A stretch of 64,000 nt of DNA from Planctomycetaceae bacterium (GCA_021371795.1 JAJFVK010000020.1:30160-94159), one strand, 5' to 3'. Shown: positions 1 to 9,193, counted from the first letter of the stretch. The notes: a model not told the origin generated them from the letters alone. Program-made: numbers and translations.

Positions 1-2283
1 CCGACCGGACTTGCACCGAATGGCGAAGTGGAAGATTACGCCGTTATGATTGAAGAGGAAATAAATCCCGACCCAAACACAAAATATGTTCAGTGGCCTG
101 ACACTACGCCCACTGGAATCGATATTCGTGTTGACGACGGCGATGGCGTTACAAGGCATATCGCTGACGATTTCCCGTGCAAAAAGGCCGGGCCAATCAC
201 TGATATTCATTTCTGGGGTTCGTGGAAAAACGATGAAAAGAGTCGAATCAACGGCTTTACAATTTCTTTCTACAGCGATGACCCTGTCGGTCTCGGTGGA
301 AGCGACCCGGAAAATATTTACTCGAAACCAGACCAGCCGCTCTGGAAGAGAACATTTTTACCGGGCGAATTTGACGAATCGCTGTATTACACGTTGCCGA
401 GAGGTTTGTATGAATGGTGGTGGGACCCGTATTTCGGAGCGATTTTGTCAAACGGCGACCAGAATATCTGGCAGTATGATATTTATATAGACCCTGCCGA
501 TGCGTTTGTGCAGGAAGGTACGCCGGAAAATCCGATGGTGTATTGGCTGGAGATTGAAGCGTGGACGCCATATCAAACCATTGGCAACGAATTCGGCTGG
601 AAGACTTCCGATACTCACTGGAATGATGATGCGGTCTTTGCAACTGGTTCGCTTTATCCGTATGTCAGCGACTGGAGTGAATTGCGTTATCCGGAAGGGC
701 ATCCATATTATCCGGAGTCGCTGGATATGGCGTTTAAACTGACGACTGGCGAGCATAAACAATATAAATGGCTGCAAAAGCCCGATTTGAGCGAAACTGG
801 TATTGACGTTGATGCGACAGAGCCGTTTATACTTGCCGATGATTTCCAATGTAATAAACCAAATCTGATAACAAAAATTGTTGTGTGGGGAAGCTGGCTC
901 AACGACATATTGCCCGCTGAAGGTGCTGGTAATGTTACTTTTACATTGAGCATTCACGAAGATATTCCAGACCCCAACCTCGAAAACCCGCTTGATTACA
1001 GTATGCCCGCCGAGCCGGTGTGGCTGCGTAATTTCCTGCCGGGACAATTTGAGGTGGAAGTTGAAAAGTATGAAATTAACGAAGGCTGGTGGTCTCCTGA
1101 CAATCCGCAGGGATATATTTTCCCCGGCGATCACGTCTGCTGGAAATACACATTCCATATTCCTGCTGATGAAGCTTTCTATCAGAAGGGCACACCGGCC
1201 AATCCGAAAGTTTACTGGCTCGATGTGCAGGCGCATCCGTTTGAGATGACAGCCGCAAGATTCGGCTGGAAGACATCGCTAAAACATTGGAATGATGATG
1301 CTGTTTGGGGAATGGGAATTGAACCTTATATGGGGCCGTGGCATGAATTGATATATCCGCCGCAGCACCAGTATTATCCGGAATCAATAGACCTTGCGTT
1401 TGCAATCGACAGCAACAACGCAGGACCGAAAGCAGACCTCGGCGATGCTCCTGATAGTACAAATAACAGCGGAGTGATTATGACAACATATCCGAGCGGC
1501 GTTACGGCGAATTTTCCGACGGTTTATATGGATGCAACTGTCGCACCGCCTTTTGGCCCGCTGCATCAGGATACCCAATCGGCGTTTTATCTTGGTACGA
1601 CTGTGTCGTTTGAGAAAGAGGCCGATATGGGGCCGGATATGGACGCTACGAATAATATTATTCCCGCGACAAACAGCAAAAATCTTGACGGCGGTGATGA
1701 TGGTGTTGCGGTACCGTTGAGTATGCCGCGATGCAGACTGATGAATTTTAATTATACCGTTACAGTAATTGATATAACGCAGCCGATTTTCGCCAACGTA
1801 TGGTTTGACTTCAACAGAGATGGCGACTGGGACGATGTGAATATGTGCGGAACTGATTCGGCTCCTGAATGGGCTGTTGTTGACCAATTCCTCACATTCT
1901 CTGCTCCCGGTACATACACCGTTTCGACGCCTGCGTTCAGGACGTGGCATCCGTTGGCTGATGATTCGCCGATATGGATGAGAATTACTCTTTCTGAAAC
2001 ACCGTCAATGCCGAGCGGTGCCGGCGGGTCAGGGCCTTTGGGTGGTTATCAATATGGTGAGACAGAGGACTATCATTTCTGGGCAGATCAAAGCTGTTCA
2101 AACTGCGCAGATTATGACCTTTCAGGATTGGTCAACTATCTCGATTTAAGAGAATTTGTCGCGGATTGGCTCTGGACTGGCTTGGCAGGCGGATACGCCG
2201 AAGGCGACCTGGATTGTGATGGTGATGTGGAATTTACTGATTTTGCCATTTTTGCTGAACAGTGGTATTTAAGCTGTCCATAA
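1..2283 (+). CDS. Secreted/surface protein, 5' end cut by the window edge. Two tandem ~215-aa homologous domains, a GEVED-type domain and a C-terminal dockerin/EF-hand-like tail.
   Basis: Frame 1 is open from nt 1 (PTGLAPNGEVEDYAV...). The track start at 28 is the GTG inside a GEVEDY motif, so it is not the true start. Residues ~20-238 and ~245-458 are homologous: TGID..ADDF.C.K..IT.I..WGSW ... GTP.NP.VYWL ... FGWKTS..HWNDDAV ... YYPES.D.AF. DLGDAPDS...GETEDYHF forms a second GEVED-like unit. The tail reads DLDCDGDVEFTDFAIFAEQW. Confidence 0.8.
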   Translation, partial: PTGLAPNGEVEDYAVMIEEEINPDPNTKYVQWPDTTPTGIDIRVDDGDGVTRHIADDFPCKKAGPITDIHFWGSWKNDEKSRINGFTISFYSDDPVGLGGSDPENIYSKPDQPLWKRTFLPGEFDESLYYTLPRGLYEWWWDPYFGAILSNGDQNIWQYDIYIDPADAFVQEGTPENPMVYWLEIEAWTPYQTIGNEFGWKTSDTHWNDDAVFATGSLYPYVSDWSELRYPEGHPYYPESLDMAFKLTTGEHKQYKWLQKPDLSETGIDVDATEPFILADDFQCNKPNLITKIVVWGSWLNDILPAEGAGNVTFTLSIHEDIPDPNLENPLDYSMPAEPVWLRNFLPGQFEVEVEKYEINEGWWSPDNPQGYIFPGDHVCWKYTFHIPADEAFYQKGTPANPKVYWLDVQAHPFEMTAARFGWKTSLKHWNDDAVWGMGIEPYMGPWHELIYPPQHQYYPESIDLAFAIDSNNAGPKADLGDAPDSTNNSGVIMTTYPSGVTANFPTVYMDATVAPPFGPLHQDTQSAFYLGTTVSFEKEADMGPDMDATNNIIPATNSKNLDGGDDGVAVPLSMPRCRLMNFNYTVTVIDITQPIFANVWFDFNRDGDWDDVNMCGTDSAPEWAVVDQFLTFSAPGTYTVSTPAFRTWHPLADDSPIWMRITLSETPSMPSGAGGSGPLGGYQYGETEDYHFWADQSCSNCADYDLSGLVNYLDLREFVADWLWTGLAGGYAEGDLDCDGDVEFTDFAIFAEQWYLSCP

Positions 2284-2306
2284 GTGTTGATTTGTATAAA
2301 GTTTAT

Positions 2307-2341
2307 AGCTGTCGGGGGAAATCTCCGGCAGCTTTTTTTTT
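2307..2341 (+). terminator. Rho-independent terminator of the surface-protein gene
   Basis: Imperfect stem AGCTGTCGGGG / CTCCGGCAGCT followed by a T9 run, about 25 nt after the stop at 2281-2283. Confidence 0.6.
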
Positions 2342-2571
2342 GTATGATGTTGTTGAAACACAGAGCGGAAGTGCCGTTGCGGGTGTTTTTGACGCTGTAA
2401 AAACGGACAGGCGGCTCCGGAAGGTACAAATATTGTTTTACAAGCGGCTGATGGAAGTTATAATTATAAACTGACTTATGCAGGCGGTAATGGAAATGAT
2501 ATTATGCTGAAATATGTCAAGTGTGAGCCTAAAGCCGTGAAGTAAAATTTAATTTTGTTAAGGAGAACGTA

Positions 2572-3435
2572 ATGAGAAAAATATTTGCACTGGTTGTCAT
2601 TTTTTCTGTCGCTGCCGCAGTTGTAGCTGTTGAGAAAACAAAAGAAGTTTCAAAGGCGACAATTCAGCAGAAAGAAGCCGTCAAAAAAGCCGATCTGCCT
2701 CTTGAAAAGAAAATTGATATCAGCAGCGAAGTAAATATGGTTGTGGTATTCATACCGGCAGGCGAATTCGAGATGGGCTCGCCGATGGATGAACTCAAAC
2801 GCGACAACGACGAAGGTCAGCATCATATCAAACTGACTAAACCTTTTTATATGGGCAAGTTCGAGGTTACGCAGCTTCAGTACCGTGAGGTTATGGGCGA
2901 AAATCCGAGCAAATTCGGTGGTGATAATCTGCCGGTCGAAAACGTCAACTGGTATGAAGCGGCGAGATTCCTCAAGAAACTGTCCGACAAGACCGGTTTG
3001 AAATTCAGATTTCCAACCGAAGCGGAATGGGAATATGCGTGCAGGGCAGGGACAACAACAGCGTTTAATACCGGCACAACTATCGATTCGGATTTCGCCA
3101 ACTACGAAGCTACTACTCCTTATGCTGACGGAATTATAGGTAAGGATTTGGAACGTACAAATAAAGTCGGCTCGTATCCGCCAAACGCATTCGGATTGTG
3201 TGATATGCACGGCAATGCCTGGGAATGGTGCAATGATTTCTATGATAACGAATATTATAAAGTAACGCCTACAGTTGACCCGCAGGGGCCAAAGGTAAAC
3301 GATGGCGATAAAGTTTTAAGAGGCGGCGCGTGGAACGAAAGGCCGAATAAATGCCGTTCTGCGGATAGGAACAACCGTAGTCCAAAAACCAATCAGCCGA
3401 TTATCGGTTTCAGGGTTGTGATGGATATTGAATAA
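2572..3435 (+). CDS. Formylglycine-generating-enzyme family (FGE-sulfatase/SUMF1 domain) protein with signal peptide
   Basis: AGGAG RBS upstream and a hydrophobic N-terminus. Motifs seen: FYMGKFEVTQLQY, NVNWYEAARF, RFPTEAEWEYACRAG, HGNAWEWC, LRGGAW, IGFRVV. Confidence 0.8.
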   Translation: MRKIFALVVIFSVAAAVVAVEKTKEVSKATIQQKEAVKKADLPLEKKIDISSEVNMVVVFIPAGEFEMGSPMDELKRDNDEGQHHIKLTKPFYMGKFEVTQLQYREVMGENPSKFGGDNLPVENVNWYEAARFLKKLSDKTGLKFRFPTEAEWEYACRAGTTTAFNTGTTIDSDFANYEATTPYADGIIGKDLERTNKVGSYPPNAFGLCDMHGNAWEWCNDFYDNEYYKVTPTVDPQGPKVNDGDKVLRGGAWNERPNKCRSADRNNRSPKTNQPIIGFRVVMDIE

Positions 3436-3462
3436 ATTGGATATTGGCTGTTGAAATTCGTT

Positions 3463-3487
3463 AGCCCCCGGCTTTATGCCGGGGGTT
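3463..3487 (+). terminator. GC-rich hairpin 3' of the FGE-family gene (weak terminator)
   Basis: CCCCCGGC - TTTAT - GCCGGGGG, an 8-bp stem 28 nt after the stop. No clean U-run follows. Confidence 0.4.
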
Positions 3488-3508
3488 AGTTTACGGAATT
3501 TTGCCGTA

Positions 3509-3536
3509 TTGACACAGCCGATTTATAACTTATAAT
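3509..3536 (+). promoter_or_regulatory. Near-consensus sigma70 promoter
   Basis: TTGACA (3509-3514), 16 nt spacer, TATAAT (3531-3536). The -10 ends 7 nt before ATG 3544, which would give a leaderless mRNA. Confidence 0.5.
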
Positions 3537-3543
3537 AAGTCCT

Positions 3544-3810
3544 ATGCTTATGTTTTTATTATTACCGGTTGCTTTGCTGACGCTGCTTTTTGTTGCAGTG
3601 TTCGCTCGGATTGCGTTTTTGGTTTTAAAGGCGTTTTGCCTGCTTTTGGCATCGGTTTTTATGCTGCCTGTTATATTTGCGCTTGCCGTCGCGGCGATGG
3701 CGATGTTTATCGCTGGCATGGCGGTATTGCCGATAGTGCTGCCGATTATGGTAGTGTTTTTTGTTGTTATTATTCTGCCTTTGCTGCTGATTAAATGTCT
3801 GATTTTCTAA
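3544..3810 (+). CDS. Small (88 aa) extremely hydrophobic membrane protein, unknown function
   Basis: The ORF is almost entirely L/V/A/I/F and fits about 3 TM helices. A consensus promoter lies directly upstream. The antisense ORF 3486-3719 is low complexity. Confidence 0.5.
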   Translation: MLMFLLLPVALLTLLFVAVFARIAFLVLKAFCLLLASVFMLPVIFALAVAAMAMFIAGMAVLPIVLPIMVVFFVVIILPLLLIKCLIF

Positions 3811-3893
3811 ACCATTTTTTGAAGCAAGTCATCTGTTATCACAAAACATCAAACACAATGAATGTCATATTGCATAAACTTTAAGGAGTTTAA

Positions 3894-5210
3894 TTGGAAA
3901 AAATGCGAGATAATATAGCGGTCAGACGGGAGCGAGCGGTTCTTGTCGGCGCTATTTTAAAAGGTGAATTACATAATGATGACGAATTAGCTGAATTGTC
4001 GGCGCTGGTCGAAAGTGCCGGTGCGGTGATTGTTGACAGAGTCCAGCAGAGAGTTTTAGACATTAATCCCGCGACATACATCGGCAAAGGCAAAGCCGAA
4101 ATGGTCAAGCAGCGTGTGAAGAAAAATGAGGCCGACGTTGTGATTTTCGACAACGATTTGTCGCCCGGCCAAATCAGGGAACTTGAATCGATTATTGGAA
4201 CAAAAATTCTCGACCGCAGCGAATTGATTCTCGATATTTTCGCAAGCAGGGCACAGACAAAACAGGCCAAACTTCAGGTCGAGCTTGCGCAGCTCGAATA
4301 TACATATCCAAGACTTACTCGAATGTGGTCGCACCTTGATACCGTAACCGGCGCGGCAGGCAGTCCCGGTGCTGGCGCAGTCGGCGCTATCGGCACAAGA
4401 GGCCCCGGCGAAAAGCAGCTCGAAATCGACCGAAGACTTGTCAATAAAAGAATTACAGAACTCAAACGTGAGCTCAAGGAAATTGATAAACGAATTATCA
4501 GGGAAATAGATCAGCGAAGGGGGCAGTTTAAAATTTGTCTGGTTGGCTATACAAACGCGGGCAAAAGCACGCTTATGAACGCACTGACAGACGCCGGCGT
4601 TTATGTTGAGGATAGACTCTTTGCGACGCTTGATACAAGGACGCGACAGTGGACGCTCGACGGTGGGAAAAAGGTGCTTATCAGCGATACGGTCGGCTTT
4701 GTTAAAAATTTGCCGCATCAGCTTGTCGCGTCTTTCAAGGCGACACTTGAAGAGGCGATTAACGCCGATTTGCTTTTGCATGTGTTTGATGTCTCGAATG
4801 AAGACGTCGAACAACAGGCTCTTAACGCCAAAAAAGTGCTCGAAGAAATCGGCTGTGCTGATAAGCAAACGATTATTCTTCTCAACAAGGCCGATGTTGT
4901 TCGCAGTCAGGCGCATTTTGAATTTATGCAGACGGTTTATCCGGAGGCGATTTGCATTTCCGCAAAGTCAGGCCTGAATCTCGATTTGCTCAAGCAGAAG
5001 GTGATTGAAATTTACGATGGCGGAATATTATCTTTGCGTATAACCGCAAGCGCCGGCGACGGCAAAATCCAGAGTTTCCTGAAATCGCACGCGATTATTA
5101 TCAATCAGGAATATTTCGACAGCACCGTAGTTATGGATGTGAAAGTCGGCAAAAATCTTATGCCGAACATTAAGCAAATGAAGCCGATTCAAATAGAAGA
5201 ATTGAAATAA
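3894..5210 (+). CDS. hflX: GTPase HflX
   Basis: AAGGAG lies 5 nt upstream of TTG 3894 (alternative ATG at 3903). Motifs: DVVIFDNDLSPGQIRELE, DRSELILDIFA.RAQT..AKLQVELAQL.Y, GPGEKQLE.DRR, G1 loop GYTNAGKST, DTVGF, NKAD. Confidence 0.9.
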   Translation: MEKMRDNIAVRRERAVLVGAILKGELHNDDELAELSALVESAGAVIVDRVQQRVLDINPATYIGKGKAEMVKQRVKKNEADVVIFDNDLSPGQIRELESIIGTKILDRSELILDIFASRAQTKQAKLQVELAQLEYTYPRLTRMWSHLDTVTGAAGSPGAGAVGAIGTRGPGEKQLEIDRRLVNKRITELKRELKEIDKRIIREIDQRRGQFKICLVGYTNAGKSTLMNALTDAGVYVEDRLFATLDTRTRQWTLDGGKKVLISDTVGFVKNLPHQLVASFKATLEEAINADLLLHVFDVSNEDVEQQALNAKKVLEEIGCADKQTIILLNKADVVRSQAHFEFMQTVYPEAICISAKSGLNLDLLKQKVIEIYDGGILSLRITASAGDGKIQSFLKSHAIIINQEYFDSTVVMDVKVGKNLMPNIKQMKPIQIEELK

Positions 5211-5253
5211 ATTAATCGTTGAAAAAAAATCTGTTTCTGATTAAATACCGTGT

Positions 5254-6249
5254 ATGATTAAAAATATATCGATAATTGGTGACGGGGCGATGAGCAGTAT
5301 CTGCTCGATGCTTCTTTGTGAAAAGGGCCTTGCTGTTCGTATGTGGGGATACGATGCGAATCAGCTTGCGCAGATAAAAGAAAAAAGAGAAAATATCAGA
5401 TTCCTGCCCGGCTACAAACTGCCCGATTCATTGCAATTCGAACCGCAGGATTCCGAAATCTTCAAAAATGCTGATTTGGTTGTTTCTGCTATTCCCTGCC
5501 AGTTTACACGGTCTGTCTGGAAACGACTCGCTAAATACGCCAACACGAATACGCCGATTGTTTCGGTTACAAAAGGCATTGAAAACGATACATTGCTTTG
5601 TACAAGTCAGATAATCCAGGAAATTCTTGGTAATAAATCGCAAGTTGTTGTATTGTCCGGCCCTACAATCGCCGATGAAATTGCCAAAAAACTCCCCGCT
5701 ACCGCAACGGCCGCGTCAAAAGACGAAAGACTTGCCGGCGCAGTACAGGAAACTTTCACCGCACCATATTTTCGCGTCTATCGCAACAGCGACATTACAG
5801 GCGTTGAACTTGCAGGCGCGATGAAAAATGTCATTGCGATTGCCGCCGGTATTGTTGACGGAATTAAAATCGGCGACAACGCGAAGGCGGCGCTTCTTTG
5901 CAGAGGCCTTGCGGAAATCACAAGGCTCGGCGTTGCGCTCGGAGCAAAAGAACAGACTTTCTCCGGCTTGAGCGGACTGGGCGATTTGGTTACTACGTGC
6001 ATTTCGCCGATGGGACGCAACAGAAGTTTCGGCCAGCGAATCGGAAAAGGCGCAAGCGTAAAAGACGCCATCGCAGCGACAAATTCAGTTGTCGAAGGCA
6101 TCGCGACGTGCAAATCGGTTATCGATTTGGCGAAAAAATATTCTATAAGTATGCCCATAACGGAGTCGGTATATCAAATCATTTTCGAGAACAAGAGTGT
6201 CTCGGCTGCTATTGAAGATTTGATGGCACGAAAGCTGAAAGCCGAATAG
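5254..6249 (+). CDS. gpsA: NAD(P)H-dependent glycerol-3-phosphate dehydrogenase
   Basis: N-terminal Rossmann fold (ISIIGDGAM). Motifs: LSGPTIADEIA, GVELAGAMKNVIAIAAGIVDG, GLSGLGDLVTTC. Confidence 0.9.
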   Translation: MIKNISIIGDGAMSSICSMLLCEKGLAVRMWGYDANQLAQIKEKRENIRFLPGYKLPDSLQFEPQDSEIFKNADLVVSAIPCQFTRSVWKRLAKYANTNTPIVSVTKGIENDTLLCTSQIIQEILGNKSQVVVLSGPTIADEIAKKLPATATAASKDERLAGAVQETFTAPYFRVYRNSDITGVELAGAMKNVIAIAAGIVDGIKIGDNAKAALLCRGLAEITRLGVALGAKEQTFSGLSGLGDLVTTCISPMGRNRSFGQRIGKGASVKDAIAATNSVVEGIATCKSVIDLAKKYSISMPITESVYQIIFENKSVSAAIEDLMARKLKAE

Positions 6250-6256
6250 CAGTTAG

Positions 6257-6280
6257 CCTGCCGATTCATTCGGCAGGTTT
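6257..6280 (+). terminator. Hairpin 3' of gpsA (weak terminator)
   Basis: CCTGCCGA - TTCAT - TCGGCAGG followed only by TTT. Confidence 0.35.
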
Positions 6281-6396
6281 GTCCCTAAATTCGCACAACT
6301 TTGCAAAAGTCCGAAAATAACACTATTTTGTCCGCGAAACACTGCAAAACTCTACATAAGTCCCCCCGCAAATCTGTCGATAAATACATAGTATCT

Positions 6397-6459
6397 CGTG
6401 AAGCGTGAAACGTGAAGCGAACCACGAGATACGAGATACGAACTACGAGATACGAGTTG
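6397..6459 (+). repeat. Heptanucleotide tandem array (CGnnnnn) x9
   Basis: CGTGAAG CGTGAAA CGTGAAG CGAACCA CGAGATA CGAGATA CGAACTA CGAGATA CGAGTTG. GTATCTCGTG (6391-6400) is complementary to CACGAGATAC (6423-6432). Confidence 0.85.
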
Positions 6460-6462
6460 AAT

Positions 6463-7620
6463 ATGACGACAGAAACATCTGAAAAGACATTGATAAAGAG
6501 ATTATTGGCTGACGCGGTAGCGGCCGGCGCAAGCGATTTGCATATCAACGTTGGTATGCCGCCGATGCAGAGAATTCATACCGAGCTTACGCTGACAAAG
6601 GACGACCCGATTACATCAAAACAGGTCGAGGAAATGGTTCTCGAAATGGTCGGCCCCGACAGATATAAAATTTTTAAGGAACATTGCGATCTCGATTTTT
6701 CGACAACCATCGAAGGCGGCTATCGTTTTAGAGTAAACGCGCACTATCAGAAAGAAACCATCGGGATTTCGTTTCGTTTGATTCCGAACAAAATTCCTGA
6801 TATTGCGAAAATCAATCTCCCACAGGCAATTATCGATTTGACTGATTTGCCGCGAGGTCTTGTTCTTGTAACAGGCCAGACCGGCAGCGGAAAAAGCACA
6901 ACGCTCGCAGCGATGATAGGAAGAATTAACGCTACATCAGCGAAGAGAATTATCACGATGGAGGACCCCATCGAATACTCGTTCACAAACGACAAATCTA
7001 TGATTGAGCAGCGTGAAATCGGCGCAGATTGCCCGACGTTCGCTTCTGGCCTTAAACATGCTTTAAGACAGGACCCGGAAGTGATACTCGTTGGCGAAAT
7101 GCGAGACCTTGAAACAACCAGCGCAACGGTAACAGCCGCAGAAACAGGCCACCTTGTTTTCAGTACGCTGCACACAATGAACGCCGCGCAGACAATCGAG
7201 CGTGCGATAGATATTTATCCGCCCGGCCAGCAGAACCAGATTCGAGCGATGCTTTCTAATACATTACAGGCTGTTGTTTCACAGACGCTTTTTAAACGAA
7301 TCGATAAACCTGGAATGGTGCCCGGCATTGAAATTATGATTTGCAATCCTGCTATTCGCAACTGTATTCGCGAAAACAGAATCCACGAAATTCCGAACAT
7401 TATTACTACGTCGCGAAAAATGGGTATGCAGGAAATGGATGCCAGTATTTCCGAACTGTATTTCAGGGGAATGATAAGCAAAGAAGATGCCATAACCAGC
7501 GCAACAAACGCGGCGCGTATGGAAAAATCGCTTTCTCCTGAAAATAAGGAAATGTTTATGCGTCAGTTGCAAATGCAGACACCAACACCGCCGGCAATTC
7601 CGCAGCCAATGCGAAATTAA
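6463..7620 (+). CDS. pilT: Type IV pilus retraction ATPase, PilT family
   Basis: Motifs: ASDLHINVG, Walker A GQTGSGKSTT, EDPIEY, ALRQDPEVILVGEMRD, GHLVFSTLHT. I chose ATG 6463 over the track's GTG 6412, which would translate the heptad array. Confidence 0.85.
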   Translation: MTTETSEKTLIKRLLADAVAAGASDLHINVGMPPMQRIHTELTLTKDDPITSKQVEEMVLEMVGPDRYKIFKEHCDLDFSTTIEGGYRFRVNAHYQKETIGISFRLIPNKIPDIAKINLPQAIIDLTDLPRGLVLVTGQTGSGKSTTLAAMIGRINATSAKRIITMEDPIEYSFTNDKSMIEQREIGADCPTFASGLKHALRQDPEVILVGEMRDLETTSATVTAAETGHLVFSTLHTMNAAQTIERAIDIYPPGQQNQIRAMLSNTLQAVVSQTLFKRIDKPGMVPGIEIMICNPAIRNCIRENRIHEIPNIITTSRKMGMQEMDASISELYFRGMISKEDAITSATNAARMEKSLSPENKEMFMRQLQMQTPTPPAIPQPMRN

Positions 7621-7641
7621 TAACCTCTTAAAAATAAAAAA

Positions 7642-7673
7642 GGGACAGGTATTTAAACTTGTCCCTTTTTTTG
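7642..7673. terminator. Bidirectional terminator between convergent pilT and the SDR gene
   Basis: A-run, GGGACA(G) ... (T)TGTCCC, then T7. Confidence 0.6.
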
Positions 7674-7692
7674 TTTCTGTATTTCACTTTGT

Positions 7693-8502
7693 CTAAATAT
7701 TATTACAAAGGTACCCGCCATCGATTGGCAGTGTAACGCCTGTAACAAAATTCGAAGCATCGGAAGCGAGGAAAATCGTTGCGCCGGTCAGATATTCCGG
7801 CAAACCAAAACCGTCCATCGGAGTTCTCGCAAGCACGTCTTTGCCGCGCTGGGTCGGTGTGCCGTCATCGTTCAGTAGGAGTTTCCGATTCTGGTCGGCA
7901 ACGAAGAATCCCGGTGCTATCGCGTTTACCCTGATTCCGTATGGTGCCAGTTCCTTTGCGTGTCCCATAGTCTGATTCATCACAGCGGCCTTTGCGGATG
8001 AATATGCCCAGATGCCTGAAAGCGGATTGAAGCCCGCCATCGAAGCGATATTGATAATTCTGCCTTTGATTTTGTTGTCTATCCAGTATTTTGCTATGTG
8101 TTTAGTCGGCAGGATGCAGCCGGCCAGGAGATTTAATTTCAAAACGAATTCAAAATCTTCGGCTTTCACATCGACTAATGGACCTTTCCCGCGGTTTCCG
8201 CCGGCGCCGTTTAAAAGTATTTCGGCAGAGCCGAAAATCTTTACGGATTTCTCGAGTGCCTGCACGATTGAATTTTCGTCCATCAGGTTTACTTCGACCG
8301 TTGCGACTCTGGATTTGTCGCCGCAGGCCTTTGCGACTACTTCGGATTTTGCCGCCAGATTTGTCGGGTTGATATCCCATAGAATAATATTTGCGCCCGC
8401 ACAGGCGAAACCTTCGGCTATTGCGCTGCAAAGCGTTCCGCCGCCGCCGGTTATGATTGCTGTTTTGCCTTTAAGCCCATATTTGGTCTCAAGATACGAC
8501 AT
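7693..8502 (-). CDS. SDR-family oxidoreductase
   Basis: Motifs: TGGGGTLC glycine-rich loop, NGAG, YSSAK catalytic motif, IRVNAIAPG. Confidence 0.8.
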   Translation of the reverse strand: MSYLETKYGLKGKTAIITGGGGTLCSAIAEGFACAGANIILWDINPTNLAAKSEVVAKACGDKSRVATVEVNLMDENSIVQALEKSVKIFGSAEILLNGAGGNRGKGPLVDVKAEDFEFVLKLNLLAGCILPTKHIAKYWIDNKIKGRIINIASMAGFNPLSGIWAYSSAKAAVMNQTMGHAKELAPYGIRVNAIAPGFFVADQNRKLLLNDDGTPTQRGKDVLARTPMDGFGLPEYLTGATIFLASDASNFVTGVTLPIDGGYLCNNI

Positions 8503-8646
8503 TTTTCATACTCCTAAATTTAATATAAATGACTGGGCTATTTAAACGTCTCTGGAATTAATTGCAATACAAATTTTGCTGAAATGGTACTTTTTTTGTA
8601 CCAATTTCATTTTGGTCAAAAATAAGAAAAATTCCATCAATTCAAA

Positions 8647-8681
8647 GTTCGACGTTGAATGTTCGATGTTGGGTGTTAAAA
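8647..8681 (+). repeat. Heptanucleotide tandem array (GTTnnnn) x5
   Basis: GTTCGAC GTTGAAT GTTCGAT GTTGGGT GTTAAAA, in the divergent SDR/ABM intergenic region. Confidence 0.7.
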
Positions 8682-8730
8682 TAGTTGTCAGGTAGTGTTG
8701 CAAATTGGACTGAAACTATGGAGTCAAACA

Positions 8731-9030
8731 ATGTTCGTAATGCACATAAATATCAAGGTCAAACACGAGTTCGTTGAGGAGTTTAAACAGGTCTGTATCG
8801 AAAACGCAAAGAACAGTGTTAAAGAGCCTGCCGTCAAACGCTTCGATGTGCTGCAGCAGGCCGACGACCCGACACGTTTTATTCTCGTCGAGGCATACAC
8901 AGACCAAAGCGGGGTCGAAGCGCACAAGCAAACCGCTCATTATAATAAATGGAAAGCCGAAGCGGAACGAATGATTGAGGGAGAAAGAGTACGAACAAAG
9001 TTTACGCCGGTCTGGCCGCAGACGTATTAA
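8731..9030 (+). CDS. Antibiotic-biosynthesis-monooxygenase (ABM, ferredoxin-like) family protein
   Basis: GGAG lies 7 nt before ATG 8731. About 99 aa, with FILVEAYTD..GVEAHKQTAHY, which is typical of ABM domains. Confidence 0.7.
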   Translation: MFVMHINIKVKHEFVEEFKQVCIENAKNSVKEPAVKRFDVLQQADDPTRFILVEAYTDQSGVEAHKQTAHYNKWKAEAERMIEGERVRTKFTPVWPQTY

Positions 9031-9193
9031 GGCGATATTAAAATGCTTGTCCACACGAAGGCGGGATATTTTCTCATCCGATAATATGCTTATTTTTTGC
9101 GATTTTTAAAAAAACTTTTTTCATACGGTATAAGTGTCGATACAGAGTATGAGTTTTGGGTCATACGCTTTCAAGAATGCAAGGGGTTGAATT

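Noticed and set aside
448-1236. 262-aa ORF antisense to the surface-protein gene, plus other nested ORFs between 86 and 1950
   Set aside because: These are shadow ORFs within a strongly supported coding frame.
2393-2545. Open frame ending ...GSYNYKLTYAGGNGNDIMLKYV, which resembles the C-terminal end of autotransporter-associated beta-strand repeat proteins
   Set aside because: It has no start codon, only about 50 codons, and the similarity rests on one short motif. At most it is a gene relic, too weak to annotate.
4056-4916. 286-aa ORF antisense to hflX
   Set aside because: It lies entirely inside a gene with unambiguous HflX motifs and has no motifs of its own.
6397-6459. CRISPR-like array, considered for this and the other short tandem arrays
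   Set aside because: The units are 7 nt with no spacers. No 25-40 nt repeats alternate with unique spacers and there are no cas genes.
6412-6462. GTG-initiated N-terminal extension of pilT (MKRTTRYEIRTTRYELN)
   Set aside because: The peptide is just the translation of the 7-nt repeat array. PilT homologues start close to the ASDLH motif, which fits ATG 6463.
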